Part shown: positions 1 through 12,950 of the stretch, one piece after another | Layout: every line of letters begins with the position of its first letter | Numbering within the stretch: position 1 is the first letter of the stretch | NCBI GenBank assembly: GCA_964016885.1 | Contig: OZ024741.1 | Coordinates: 128,216,001-128,280,000, forward strand | Direction of reading: 5' to 3' | Source: Eledone cirrhosa | Lineage: Eukaryota | Length of the DNA stretch: 64,000 nucleotides | Notes under the pieces: model-generated | The model's input: only the letters and a program-made list of their open reading frames with translations | What the model was told of the DNA's origin: nothing | Databases searched by the model: none | Translations under genes and position numbers: made by a program

Positions 1-780
1 AGTACTGTACTGAGATTGATTCTTTCTCTATATCTCGTTCTTTCTCACCTCTGGAAGAAATCGTGTGTGATAGAGCCTGGAGAGAGGATGGTCTTTGCTA
101 GGAGCAAATTCTACAAGACGTATGTCCAACGTGGTCGTATGTCCAACGGCACCCCTACTACTCCGCCAGGAGTTACGGGCTTTTTCTTTTCCTTTTCACG
201 ACTACATACACACACACGCGCACATACACTCACTCACGCACACATACACTCACATATATATAACGGAGGAATAATGAGGATATGTCTATATCGCGTATAC
301 TTATGTACGTATGAGAGTGTTGCTGAGTGTAGAGTGGTTTTGGTATATGAAGTAAAGAGTACAGCATGAACCTGTGGGACAGGAAGGGTTTAGTGAATTA
401 TCTCTCAATAGAATTCTCATTTCATTTCATCCATCCTACAAAATTTCTTCTGGCTTATGTTGTTGTGCGTGGTCCCTAACACCCCCATTCTCTCCACCCC
501 TCTCTCTCTTTATACTGTACCGATTGTGTTGTTATTTATATTTACCTTTTACATACATACATATATATATATACATAATTTTAGTACAGCATTAACGAAG
601 CTTTAGAACACGGCCAAGCTAACGAATGCAGAATCGGTCTGTGAAAAGAACCTCAGATGGGGAAAAGAACCCCCAGAGTAATAACATTACGTTCAGACAG
701 CTTAGCAAATCAGATATAGCGGTCGGCAGTCCAGCCGCATCACTAGAGCAACGAAAATACAGGACCCAGGAAAAGATATA

Positions 781-792
781 TATGTGCGTGTG

Positions 793-841
<49 letters not shown>

Positions 842-1331
842 ACATATATTCATCTATCTATACACATACTCCTATATATATATACATATATATATATATA
901 TAGGCATGTGTGAGAGCGTGTGTCTGTGAGTGTGTGCGTCTGTGAGTGTGTGTGTGTCTGTGAGTGTGTGCCTGTGAGTGTGTGTGTCTGTGAGTGTGTG
1001 CGTCTGTGAGTGAGTGTATGTCTGTGAGTGAGTGTGTGTCTGTGAGTGTGTGGTCTGTGAGTGTGTGAGCGTGTGTGTCTGTGAGTGTGTGTGTCTGTGA
1101 GTGTGTGTTTGTGAGTGCGTCTGTGAGTGTGTGGTCTGTGAGTGTGTGTGTGTCTGTGAGTGTGTGTGTCTGTGAGTGTGTGTGTCTGTGAGTGTGTGTC
1201 TGTGAGCGTGTGTGTCTGTGAGTGTGTGTGTCTGTGTGTGTGTGTCTGTGAGTGTGTGTGTGTGTGTGTCTGTGAGTGTGTGTGCTTGCGAGTGTGTGTG
1301 TGTCCGTGAGTGTGTGCCTGTGTGTGTGTGT
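781..1331. repeat. (GT)n and degenerate (TGTGTGTC/TGTGAG) simple-repeat tract
   Basis: Directly visible dinucleotide-derived repeats; explains the His/Thr-rich ORFs. Confidence 0.95.
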
Positions 1332-1928
1332 AGTTCTCTATTTCCCATTCGTCATTGGATGGCCGTGTTGTAAAGTTCACTTGTACTTGACGTAGTTGTG
1401 GAGTGGTGAAGAAGCGTGGAAAATTTGACCTGAGATGATGGTGGTGTTAGTGGTAGTGGGGTGGGCTATGTTGGTGGTGATGGTGGTGTCTCTGATGGTA
1501 AATAGATGGAAAGCAAGTCAGGTAGTTAGTCCGTTCTAATAGAAGTCTATTGACAGGGTCTATGTTAAGGGGGGGGGGGGTGGAGTCGGAAACTTTTACA
1601 AGGTTTCTCTCCCCTCGTCACTGTTTTGTAAGAAAGAAAGATAGAAAGAAAAGAAAATTAAAAGAAAGGTGACGTGACCCTATTTCTCTTTTCTGCCTGG
1701 TGTTGCTCTCTCCACTCTCCCCCGAGACACAGAAATACAAACCCAGTATGTAAATATATATGTACGTATGGACCCGTAATTCCTGCTGGCGTTGTAGAGG
1801 CACCGAGTGTGATACACAGCATTTCTTGGGCATTTTAAAACTGGCAGATTTCCTTTCTTTTACAAGTCTGGATACAGCCAATTTCTTCCGGAAAAGGAGA
1901 GAAAGAAGTGGAGGGGGAGAAAGAGGGT

Positions 1929-1983
<55 letters not shown>

Positions 1984-2185
1984 AAGAATCAACCCTAGTA
2001 TTTGACCTCGAAAGGATGAAAGGCAAAGTTGACCTTGTCAAGATTTGAACACACAGAGCAGAAAGCCGGAACGAATATCACCAAGCATTGTATTTTAATG
2101 ACTCCCTGCCTTAAATGTATGTATGTATGTATGTATGTATGTATGTATGAACGTATGTATGTATATATGTATGTATGTATGTATG

Positions 2186-3148
2186 TTCTTCTGGTTTTAT
2201 AATTTCACTAAGTTTTACCAATAGAGAGAGAGTCGGTTTCTAACATAGACACAAGACTCTCTCATTGGAATTTACACAACATCAACTAGGTAGATATGTA
2301 TGCATGCATGTGTAGATATGGATGTTATTGTATGTGTGGATGTGTATGTTTTGAGTTGTATGTGTGCATGTGTATATGCTTTGTATCTGTACATGTGTAT
2401 ATGCAGTTATTAGATGCAAAATCTTTGGAATGTTTTACATATTTTTACTGTTCCATTAATGGATTGTACTTGTAATTTTCTAACTAGTTGTGTTCTTTCT
2501 GTTCATGTGAAACATAGCTTCTCAAGATTTGTATTGAGGCAGTTACTAACATATCCCAGTGCCCCAATAATCACAGGCATAAATCTGAAGGTATAATCAG
2601 GGTGGAGTATCTGCAGATTTCTCATCAGTTCTGCATAAATATTCTCCTTTTCACTAATCTTTGATATTATATTGGCATCTGCTGGGCAGCTAATTTCCAC
2701 TAATGTGCATGTTTTCTTCTCCCTGTCCCATATCATAATATCTGGTCTGTTATTCCTGCATTTTATTGGGGTTTTTACTGGAACATTCCACCAGTACTCT
2801 TTCATATTATGTACATGGATGTCTTCCACATTGTTGTAGCTTTTAATGTGTTTATTATCGGGGCTATCCTTTTTACGAATTGCATTGTATAGTGTTTTGG
2901 CCACTACATCATGCCTCATAGGTAGATAGTAGCGTGATGACAGCTTTGGACAGCTGCTGATGACATGGGTGATATCCTCGATGTTAGTTCTGCAGAGTCT
3001 GCACTTGTTATCACATCTAGTTGTTTTGCCTGCATCCCTATCTCTTTTGTGAATCAGGTATTTCGTGCTAATCTCCTGTTCCTGGATTGCAAAAGCGTAT
3101 CCTTCAAAGTGGGTGCCAATATAGCGGTTGTTGGTCCATGCATGATTT
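2186..3148 (-). mobile_element. 5'-truncated R4/Dong-like non-LTR retrotransposon 3' end (CCHC + RLE endonuclease + 3'UTR), flanked by (TATG)n
   Basis: ORF 2503-2919 has RPDIMIWD...VEISCP...EKENIY...PVIIGALG (RLE-type motifs); nearly identical to the 3' part of the 13440 copy; TATG arrays on both sides. Confidence 0.85.
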
Positions 3149-3323
3149 TATGTATGTATGTATGTATGTATGTATGTATGTATGTATGTATGTATGTATG
3201 TATGTATGTATGGTTATTTAATTGTCAAAGAACCTTTGTCACACATTCTGTGACCTTCTCGATAACTATTCCTGCTCGTGTGTCTTCTTCCTTTTGACTT
3301 TGTTTTATCCACTTTATCAAGCA

Positions 3324-3407
<84 letters not shown>

Positions 3408-3593
3408 GGTTACAAATAGCATTACGCATATTTCCTTTCTTTACATCATGTATCAGACACAGATTCCTTCCATTTAATGCTATACTCTATAGACAGACGT
3501 ATGTCAAATAAATCATAATTTATTTCAACATTTGTTGAGCAGGTTTGGGGAAAATATATATCGCTAAAATAAATTATGATGTATAACTTGTGT

Positions 3594-3594
3594 G

Positions 3595-3682
<88 letters not shown>

Positions 3683-3685
3683 TAT

Positions 3686-3750
<65 letters not shown>

Positions 3751-3779
3751 CATATATATATAGATATATATAGATATAC

Positions 3780-3811
<32 letters not shown>

Positions 3812-3877
3812 CATATATATATAAATATACATATATATATATATATATTATATATATACATATATATATAAATATAA

Positions 3878-3959
<82 letters not shown>

Positions 3960-3978
3960 CATATATATATAAATATAA

Positions 3979-4039
<61 letters not shown>

Positions 4040-4130
4040 TATATAAATAAATAAATATATATATAGCAAATATCATACGCACACAGGCAGACACATATAC
4101 ATATATATATATATATATATATATGTATAT
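3594..4130. repeat. (TA)n microsatellite complex
   Basis: Direct. Confidence 0.97.
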
Positions 4131-4740
4131 TTTAAAAATATTGCCACTTCTATAAATAACATTAAATTAACATCCCGCCCACGACACACCATAAACAAGG
4201 GAAGAAAAAAGCCGAGATAAATGCGATAAATGTGTAGATAATTAAATTTGGATAAATGTGTTGATAATTATATATATATACATACATATATATATATGTA
4301 TATATACGCACACATATATATGTACATATATCTATATCTATATCTATAAAAAAATAAATATATATATATATACATGTGTGTGTGTGTGGTTGTGTACACA
4401 CTCGTATTCACACACATACGCACACACACACGAGCGCGCGCACACATATATATATGATATATAATTTATATGTGTTTTGTTCTATTTGTTGTTTAGGTTC
4501 ATGTCAGCCTTGCTCAAGTAACTCTTTGATCAAAATCTTTCCACCATGACCGTTCCACATTTTTACCAATACTATATTAATATATTGCCTAGTACTCCAT
4601 TATTCAGTTTGAGGAAAATTTGGTTGCCATTTCTAACAGTCCAAAGAACTGTTCATTTTGAAGATTTCATTGAGAGAGGTGTTGAGAGGAAAAATCACTT
4701 TTATTCCTCTTTTTCCACAACCCTCAGACCGTCCGTCCCA

Positions 4741-5065
4741 GCTATGGCTGAGTGGTTAAGAAGTTCGCTTTATAATCATCATATTCCAGGTTCGATCCCA
4801 TTGCGAGACGCCTTTATCGTAGCTTTAGGTGGACATAAGATTGAGAGTCAAATGGTGCAAGGAAAAACTATGAGCACTTATTAGGTGGTATGTTTCTTAA
4901 TTCAAAGTTCCAGCTTTGTTACGTATTGTGTCACGCTGAATCTTCCTGAGAATTATATGAAGGTACATGTGTCTGTGGAATAAATACTCAATAGCGTAAC
5001 GAATAGGTCTTCCCGTTTTAACTGAATAACTGGAAAGAATCATCGTCGAAACCCACGGAGGTCCA
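4741..5065 (+). mobile_element. tRNA-derived SINE (family 2)
   Basis: A-box TGGCTGAGTGG and B-box GGTTCGATCC; related copies near 37520, 41215-41570 (-) and 57888. Confidence 0.7.
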
Positions 5066-5327
5066 TTTATTTGTTGTACTCTTCATTACGTTCTCCTTCA
5101 CCCACCCACGTCAGACTCAAATTTTAGAGCACTTTTACTTACAACTTCCCGTTGTTATCCACTTCCTCAGCTGTCAAACAACAGCCAAGCAAACAAAACC
5201 TTTGTCTCTTCCTTCTCTCTGTTGAAGTCCAAAAAAGACACCGAAACTCTACACTTTCTACTTGGCAAAAATATACATCGCTAAAATAAATTATAATGTA
5301 TAACTTGTTGAGTGTATTGGCAAAAAT

Positions 5328-5525
5328 TGGCAGAGCTTCTGATAAAATACCATTGTGGTATTTGTTCCGGCTCTTCACATTCTGAGTTCAAATCCCGCCG
5401 ATGTCAACTTTTCTTTTATTCTTCTGGGGTTGATAAAATAAAGTACCAGCCAAGTACTGGGGTTGATTGAATTAACTTCATCTTTTACCCCCAATTTGCT
5501 GACCTTGTACCTATGCTAGAAATCA
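5328..5525 (+). mobile_element. tRNA-derived SINE (family 1)
   Basis: TGGCAGA...GAGTTCAAATCCCGCCGA...GATAAAATAAAGTACCAG core repeated about 20 times in the window. Confidence 0.8.
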
Positions 5526-6136
5526 GTACTATATTTAAGATATTTCTAAGATTATGATATCTAAAATATCGAACTTATTCGATATTCTACCGAACACTTC
5601 TTTTGTAATATTGAATAGGAAACAAAGCAGGGAAAGGGATGTGGTGTTGTTCAACTTCAAAGTTTCTATGATCGTTAATGTCGTTGAAAAGTTTCGCGTA
5701 TTTTGACGGCCTCATCACGGAACGAAGTTAGTATAAAGATGTCAGTTATGTCTGTACACAGAGAAAGTATAAAGATGTCAGTTATGTCTGTACACAGAGA
5801 AAAGGAAACAGGAACAGCAGGTGGTAAATGCTTTATGCTCCTATGGTCTTTGTACGTGATGGTCGGTAGGCCTACTAAGACTTAACTCGATCGGCAGTCC
5901 TAGAGGGAAATAAAGTCGTCGTCGTCTTCTTCTTCTTCTTCTTCTTCTTCTTCTTCTTCTGCCCCTCCTCCTCCTCCTCCTCCTCCTCTTGGAAGGTCGT
6001 ATGAACAGAGTCACGAGACACGCCGTCCAAAGGGTTGAATAAGAAACCACCATCTCCAAACGATCCACTTGGATCCTCAAGCGAGACCAACGAAGCTCAT
6101 GGATGTTAACCAACAATTTTGCTTATATTTATCCAA

Positions 6137-6300
6137 AGGCAGCGAAATGGCGGGGTCGTTAGAACGTCGGACAGAATACTTTGCGATATTTGTTACGGCT
6201 CTCTACTCTCTGAATTCAAATCCCACCGAAGTCAACGTTGGCTTTCACCCATTCGAAGTTGATAAAAAGAGAAGGGACCAGTCAAGTACTGGTGTCGATT
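6137..6300 (+). mobile_element. SINE family 1 copy, followed by a structured repeat (6348-6472)
   Basis: Same head and core as other copies. Confidence 0.7.
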
Positions 6301-6544
6301 CTTCCTCTATATCTCTTTCTCAATTCTATTCTCTCATTCTCTATCCTTCTCTGGAAAAAAAAGTCTGCTATATCCAGACCTAGAGAGAAGATGGGCTCCG
6401 ACAGGTTTTGAAATGCCCTAGAAACGCCGTATTGAAATACGGCGACCCTACGACTCTATCAGGAGTTACGGAACAATACATGCATATTTAAAGTGAATGA
6501 ATGTGAGGCATCTTTTAAATGTCCTTATCCTTACATGAACGATT

Positions 6545-6965
6545 GTTTCCACCTTCGGCATATAGCCAGCAATCTGAAAGAAGGGGAAAAGTTGATTATA
6601 TCGACCACAGTGCGTCACTGGTACTTTATTTTACCGACCTCGCCAGGATGAAATGCTAAGCTAACCTCGGCGGGATTTGAACTCAGAAAGTAAAGGGCCG
6701 TAACTATATGCCTCAAAGCATGTCCGACGCTCTACTGATACTACAAATCCACCGCTCATTAAAATTAATTGTTTCTACTTTAGGCACAAGGCCAGCAATT
6801 ACCCAGTACATTACTGGTACTTTATTTTATCGACCCCGTAAGGATGAAAGGCAAAGTTAACCTCGGCGGGATTTGAACTCAGATCGTAAAGGGACGTAAC
6901 TATGCTAGAAAGCATAACGTCCAACCCTCCACCGACACTGCCAATTCACCGCTCATTAAAATTAA
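6545..6965 (-). mobile_element. Two tandem SINE family 1 copies
   Basis: Two consecutive CTGGTACTTT...GGATTTGAACTCAG...CCGCTCATTAAAATTAAT units. Confidence 0.8.
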
Positions 6966-7221
6966 TATTATAAAGTTATTGTGTCTAAAAGTATTGGACT
7001 TGAGCTAACTTTATTTTGTCCTCATTCAACGTCTTTATTAACACATTAAAGATTCTTCACCGAACGAAATAGAACTAAACATGTAAGAGAATAAAATACA
7101 GTGATCTTTCTTTTTGATTTATAGAGTACTTTAGTTAAATTGTGGTCCCTTTTAGTTTCTTAATGGGAAACCAGTCAACTACCCCCCCCCCCCCCACACA
7201 CACACATTCACACATATATAC

Positions 7222-7658
7222 ATGATGATGATAATGTCTGCAACTCGATTTTGAGTAATGCTATCGCACAGACGTGTTTTTTTTAGTTCTGTTAGGGACT
7301 TGCTTATGACCAGCAATACCACACATCGCAAAATATGTCACATATCATGCGGTGCTTGAGCCTGAAGCTTTTTTTTAAATAAGGAGAGGGTTTGTACGGG
7401 ACCAATCCTACTCTCTGATCATCGAACGCATTTGCTCAAAAAGAAGAACTGGTCTACATCATTAGATGCAAACGAAGTCGCATGTTTTATATCAGAGTGA
7501 ACTTGTCCCAAAGAGATGTAGACTAGGAATCTCTCATCCCGCAGGGTGTCAAAATTCACCAAGCTTGGTGGGGATGCTGGCTTAGTCACCGACGACCCGT
7601 CCATGTGCAGGTTGTACTGGGTTACATGTTACCAGTAGCGCTGAAGAGCGACGTGACC
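7222..7658 (-). mobile_element. Non-autonomous bipartite RTE-derived element with structured 5' RNA and short (CAT)n tail
   Basis: Minus strand begins GGTCACGTCGCTCTTCAGCGCTACTGGTAACATG (homologous to 16300) and ends CTCAAAATCGAGTTGCAGAC (homologous to the 3' end at 18227-18250). Confidence 0.7.
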
Positions 7659-8117
7659 ATATATATACAAGATTAATTGAGTTGATATTACAACCATATA
7701 AAGAAAAACTCAAGATAGATTTTTAAAAAAAAGCGTTTTCCCAATAATATTTGAATGCTATTGTTTATGTTTTTCTCTCTTTCACTGGAATTCTTGAACA
7801 TGTAATGTATATATTTATTTTTATTTAATCGATTCTGAGAAGCTATTCTAACAGGAATGGAATATTTTTGTTAGTCAAATAAAACGGTTGTAAATCAATT
7901 TGAAGGGGCCAACCTATATATAGAATGTTATCGTTTAATTTTTATAATGAATAAATAACATTTTCGAAAAATACAGAAGTGGAAACAAAACAGTGCAATC
8001 AAATTTTTGCGGAAAAATATCTTACCTTCTCCAATAAAAAAATATTTTGTATTTTGCGAAATCCAGAGACTTTCAATAATGACCAGAAGTCGACCCTAAA
8101 TATTACTAAGAGTTCTA

Positions 8118-8492
8118 GGAAAGCCATGAACGACACCACCTCTTTTTAACTTTGATTTTGAAAGTAGGTTTATAATTATCAATTTTCGTTATACTTTTGT
8201 AGCTGCCTAGTTGGTAGAATCATAGACGGTGGCGATTCTGGTTTGAAGTTCGATCCTGGTCGGGAGTACGGTTCCCAGTAAACCTTTTCAGTTTTTTTTC
8301 TATGGGTTTTAAAATAAAACTGAGATAAAAATTACATGTACCCCTTGACCAGGATTGAAACCTAGGGCTGAATCTCTACCGTCTCTAGTACCTACAGCTA
8401 GACCACAGGGACAACCACGAAAGTCGTTTGGAAAGGCATACTTATAAACCTACTTTCAAAGCAAAGTGTTGCGGTTTCGTTCATGTCTTTCT
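8118..8492. repeat. Degenerate foldback containing two convergent tRNA-like units
   Basis: TTTGAAAGTAGGTTTATAA versus TTATAAACCTACTTTCAAA; B-box GTTCGATCC with an inverted counterpart GACCAGGATTGAAAC. Confidence 0.6.
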
Positions 8493-8537
<45 letters not shown>

Positions 8538-8666
8538 CAAGGACGATTGGTTACTCCTTCATTACATTTATTGGTAGGTGACGCGCGTTTCACCTCATCA
8601 CAGAAGTGAACCTAAACATCGAGTGCTCACCCGGGTGAACCTGCAGTAACTCCAAGTTACACTCCC

Positions 8667-8706
<40 letters not shown>

Positions 8707-8730
8707 CCTATATATATATATATATATACC

Positions 8731-8760
<30 letters not shown>

Positions 8761-8762
<2 letters not shown>

Positions 8763-8889
8763 TATTTCTTTATTAGCCACAGGGGCACAAAAGAAGGGGA
8801 CAAATACAAAGGGGGAAGTTTACATACAATAAAAACGTGTAAAATGTTATCACAGATGGAATTTAAAAGTTAGTCGATTTTCCCCAATA
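8761..8889 (-). mobile_element. Tx1-like element 3'UTR fragment (family A)
   Basis: Near-identical to 11221-11350; ends TGTGGCTAATAAAGAAA like the full-length element. Confidence 0.8.
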
Positions 8890-8911
8890 AATAGATAGAT
8901 AGATAGATAGA

Positions 8912-11198
8912 TATATTTCTTTATTAACCACAAGGACGCACAAGAAAAGGGAACAAAACAAAGACATGCCGGGGATTTTACATACAATCGTGTAAAAAAA
9001 ATATAAAACAAACAATTATAACAATCGAAATCCCCAATAGGGGGGAGGCATCACAAATGGGTTGTTTAATACCCCGTCGATAGAACAACCCTCAGCTTCA
9101 GGAGCGTGTTGCGCAAGTGCTCCTTTCTTCCTTTTGCTCTCTTCCTCAACCTACAGGTTTATATACAGAGAAGGCCCAATCACTCGGGCCATTTTTGCCA
9201 CATTCACCCACCTTTCAGTAAATTTACTGGGGTGCAGTGCCTCTCTCTCCACTCTGATTCTCCTTCTAAAGTGGTATCTAAAGAAGGGAATGAGTTGTCC
9301 GGAGAGAAAGGCATCTGTCCTCAGTATTCTCAATCTCGTCCTTTATATAACCTCTTTCACCTTAGTCACTATACAGAGGAAAACCGCCTCTCTTTCGTTT
9401 TTGAAAGAAGTTTGCGGTTTGATCCTTACTATGGACTCGGTAGTCAACTGGATTTGTCCCAAACGCGACAGCAGTTGTTCCGCGTAGTTCCACAGGTCGG
9501 TTAGGCCCGGGCAGTGTACAATTGCGTGCAGGAAGGTTTCAATGTCCTGCGTGCATCTTGGAAGCATCCCTGCCGGGGCATCCGTGCCTGTAGATCTTGT
9601 CACGAACTGGTAGAGCTCCTCGGTAGCACTGCCAGGCCAGGGACCTCTGGAAGTTGTCCATAGGTCCCGGGCGGAAAGTCCTACCAAACAGACTGGTGAG
9701 TTCGTCGTCTTCGACGCCTAGAGTCTCTCCGAGCACGTCGTCGCCCTTGTGACGTACTAACCCTCTATGGAATGTCGAAGTGGAGTCTCCACTGATTGCC
9801 GTCGGTGAGGAATGCCTGTAGATTCCGTAGCCTCAGCGCATACTTGCGCATCATCAGCCACGGCATCCCCAGCCCTCCGTTGGAAGGGTGCTGATATCAG
9901 ACGGATCTCATCACCAGTGGATCCTGCTTCTTCCAAAGGAACTGGAAGAGCACGCGTTCCATCTTGGTGAGGTATTCACGGGGACAAGGCACGACGGTCA
10001 AGCAGTAGTAGATGACGGACGCTATGAAAGTGTTCGCCACCTCCACTCGACCTTTCAAGGATAGTTTGCACTCTGCCCACTTCTGGGTGGCGCAAATACC
10101 TAGGCCGTGACCTCGTTCCAGTTTTTCTCCACCTGGAGGTCCAGACTGAATTAGACCCCGAGCAATTTCACCGGTCCGTCCGTCCAGCGTCCGACGATGC
10201 TGTCGGACGGCATCGCTTTGCCTCTCCACGTTCCGTGTTGCAAACCGACAGACTTGTCCGGGTTCAGTTTTGCTCCTGTGAGCCTTTCGTATTCCTGCAG
10301 TAAGTTGCCGATCGCCCCGATTTTGGAGGCTTCCGACACCATTACCGTCACGTCGTCGGCATAAGCCGACGCCGCTTTCCACAGTCTCAGTTCCAACGGA
10401 ATGCCATGCAACAGCTCCAGCTTCCGCAGTTGTGGCTCTAGAGTCAGTACTTACAGAATGGAGGAGAGAGCGCATCGATGGAACACCTCTGAAGACGGGT
10501 CTGAAACCGGCCGCCTTGAGAACCACTTCCAAGTATCGATGGTCGACCCTATCGAATGCCTTAGACTGATCTAAATTGATCAAGCCCCAACAAAGCCGGG
10601 TTTACACCCCACCCTATCTATGATGTATCGCATGAGGTGGAGGTTGTCGTGTATGGACCTGGTCGGGATTGCACTCGTTTGCGCTTTCCCTACCAGGTTC
10701 TCGACGACAAGCGTCAACCTCGTTGCCAACACCTTGGCCAAAATCTTTAACTTTGTTGAGCAGAGTTATGGGCCTAAAGTTGCTTAGTTCGTCCCCCTTG
10801 TTCTCGTCTTTCCTGATCAGCATTACTACGCCCCTGCCTGCAGAACTGGGAATTCTCCCGTTCTGCTGCCAGTTGCAGTAGACGGCCTCGAGGACGCCAG
10901 AGAACAAGTCCGGCATGCCTATGTAAAACTCATAAGGTAGATCATCTAGACCGGGTGATTTGCGTTTCCCGCAGCGGCCCAGAACGTCCTATATCTCAGT
11001 GGCTGTGATCGTTCTTTCGCAGAACTCGGCGTCCATGCTCGAGAGACGCGGCAGGCCGTCGAGGTATGAACCGAAGTCTATTGCCCCGTTCGACGCACCG
11101 CCACTCTGCGCAAAGTGCCGCTGAAAGGCCGCGCACATCCGCTTGGGGTCAAATAGCACGCGTCTATTTTGGTCTTTCAAAGACCGAATCGTGGACTT
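8912..11198 (-). mobile_element. 5'-truncated, frameshifted Tx1/L1-clade retrotransposon (family B) in (GATA)n
   Basis: Fragments FRPITLLN, LDQSKAFDRVDH, SAYADDVTV, WTDGPVKLLGV and C-terminal C..C...H...C are collinear with ORF2 at 30406-33821. Confidence 0.92.
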
Positions 11199-11220
11199 GA
11201 TAGATATATAGATAGATAGA

Positions 11221-11565
11221 CATGTTTCTTTATTAGACACAGGGGCACAAAAGAAGGGGACAAATACAAAGGGGGAAGTTTACATACAATAAAAACGTGT
11301 AAAATATTATCACAAATGCAATTTAAAAGTTAATCGATTTTCCCCAATAGGGGGAGACATTTCATATGGGTAACGCATACCCTCGAAAAAATGTGCAACC
11401 CTCATCGCCAGGAGTACGAAGAGTTTGTACCCCTTTCCTCTCTTCCTCTTTTTCCTCAACCTACAGGCTGATATAGAGAGAAGGCCCATTCACTCGGGCC
11501 ATTCTCGCCACTTTCACCCACCTTTCATAAAACTTGCTGGGGTACAGCACCTCTCTCTCCATCCT

Positions 11566-11566
<1 letters not shown>
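11221..11566 (-). mobile_element. Tx1-like element 3' fragment (family A) in (GATA)n
   Basis: ORF2 C-terminus (RWVKVARMARVNGPSL) plus 3'UTR; (GATA)n on both sides. Confidence 0.85.
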
Positions 11567-11636
<70 letters not shown>

Positions 11637-11925
11637 GTGTAAATAGATAGATACACGGTGAAAAAAGGAATATGAGAAAGAGAAAGGCATTGACCTGACG
11701 TCAAAGAATGTTGTATTATTGGTAGTGGGAAGAAGACGTGTAGTAGGGAGTGGATCTGGGGTGCAGGCGATGGTAGCTAGTGTAGGGTAGGTAGTGGTTC
11801 ACGGTTAGTGTGTGGCGGGTAGTGCATGGGTGGAATCCCATCGTAGAAAATAACATGTCATAGGCGAAAAAACATAATATTGTCTTTAGCAGCGAGTCTG
11901 TAAATTAAAACATATGGACTCGTTC

Positions 11926-12098
11926 ACACCACCACCACCACCTCCATTACTACTACTACTACTACTACCGCCACCACCACCACCACCAACACCACTACTT
12001 TCTACTACAACTACTACTACTACTACTACTACTACCGTCACCACCACCACTACTACTACCACCACCACCACCACAACTACTGCTGCTGCTGCTGCTAC

Positions 12099-12132
<34 letters not shown>

Positions 12133-12157
12133 GCTACTGTTACTACTGCTGCTCCTG

Positions 12158-12201
<44 letters not shown>

Positions 12202-12452
12202 CCACTATCACCCTAACCCGCACCACCATCGCCACCACTACTACTATTAGTAGTGGTTGTTGTGGTGACAGCAGCAGTATAGTAGTAGTAGTAGTAGTAG
12301 CAGCAGCAGCAGCAGCAGCAGCAATAGTATAGTAGTAGTAGTAGTAGTAGTAGCAGCAGCAGCAGGAGCAGCAGTAGCAGTAGTTGTGGTGGTGGTAGTA
12401 GTAGTGGTGGTGGTGGCGGTAGTAGTAGTAGTACTAGTAGTAGTAGTAGTAG
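11926..12452. repeat. Compound trinucleotide repeats (CAC/TAC/TGC, then TAG/CAG)
   Basis: Direct. Confidence 0.95.
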
Positions 12453-12524
12453 TGTCTCAAAGAGTTTGGTTATACATTGAGCTTTTCTTTCACTCTTGTA
12501 AAGAGTAACTTTTTGTATGTGTGA

Positions 12525-12612
<88 letters not shown>

Positions 12613-12663
12613 TACATATATATATATAAGTGTATGTGTGAGTGTATATGTAAGTATCTGTGT

Positions 12664-12730
<67 letters not shown>

Positions 12731-12950
12731 ATGAGCAAGCTATTTTCTGTTATTGTTACCGCAGTGTTACACTATATAACATACATGCACAATATTTTCT
12801 GTCTGAGAAAGAAAGACAAATCGCCTCCAGATGAATAAACAAAAAAACGAAAACAAAACAAAAACAACAATAATAAATGAAAGGGCCCTGAGAAATCTAC
12901 CGAAAATCCCAGTTTCTGTATAAGCGGAGAATTACATAAGTGTATGTATG

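Noticed and set aside
850-1380. His/Thr-rich ORFs, and the many YI/VC/HT/YVCM ORFs elsewhere
   Set aside because: Di- and tetranucleotide repeat artefacts.
5730-5801. 36-bp tandem duplication
   Set aside because: A simple local duplication with no further signal.
8198-8270. Functional tRNA gene (also the SINE heads)
   Set aside because: Only A/B-box resemblance; no intact cloverleaf.
8575-8612. Hammerhead-like GTGATGAGGTGAAACGCGCGTC (minus strand)
   Set aside because: C3 is missing and there is no stem II; at most a decayed remnant.
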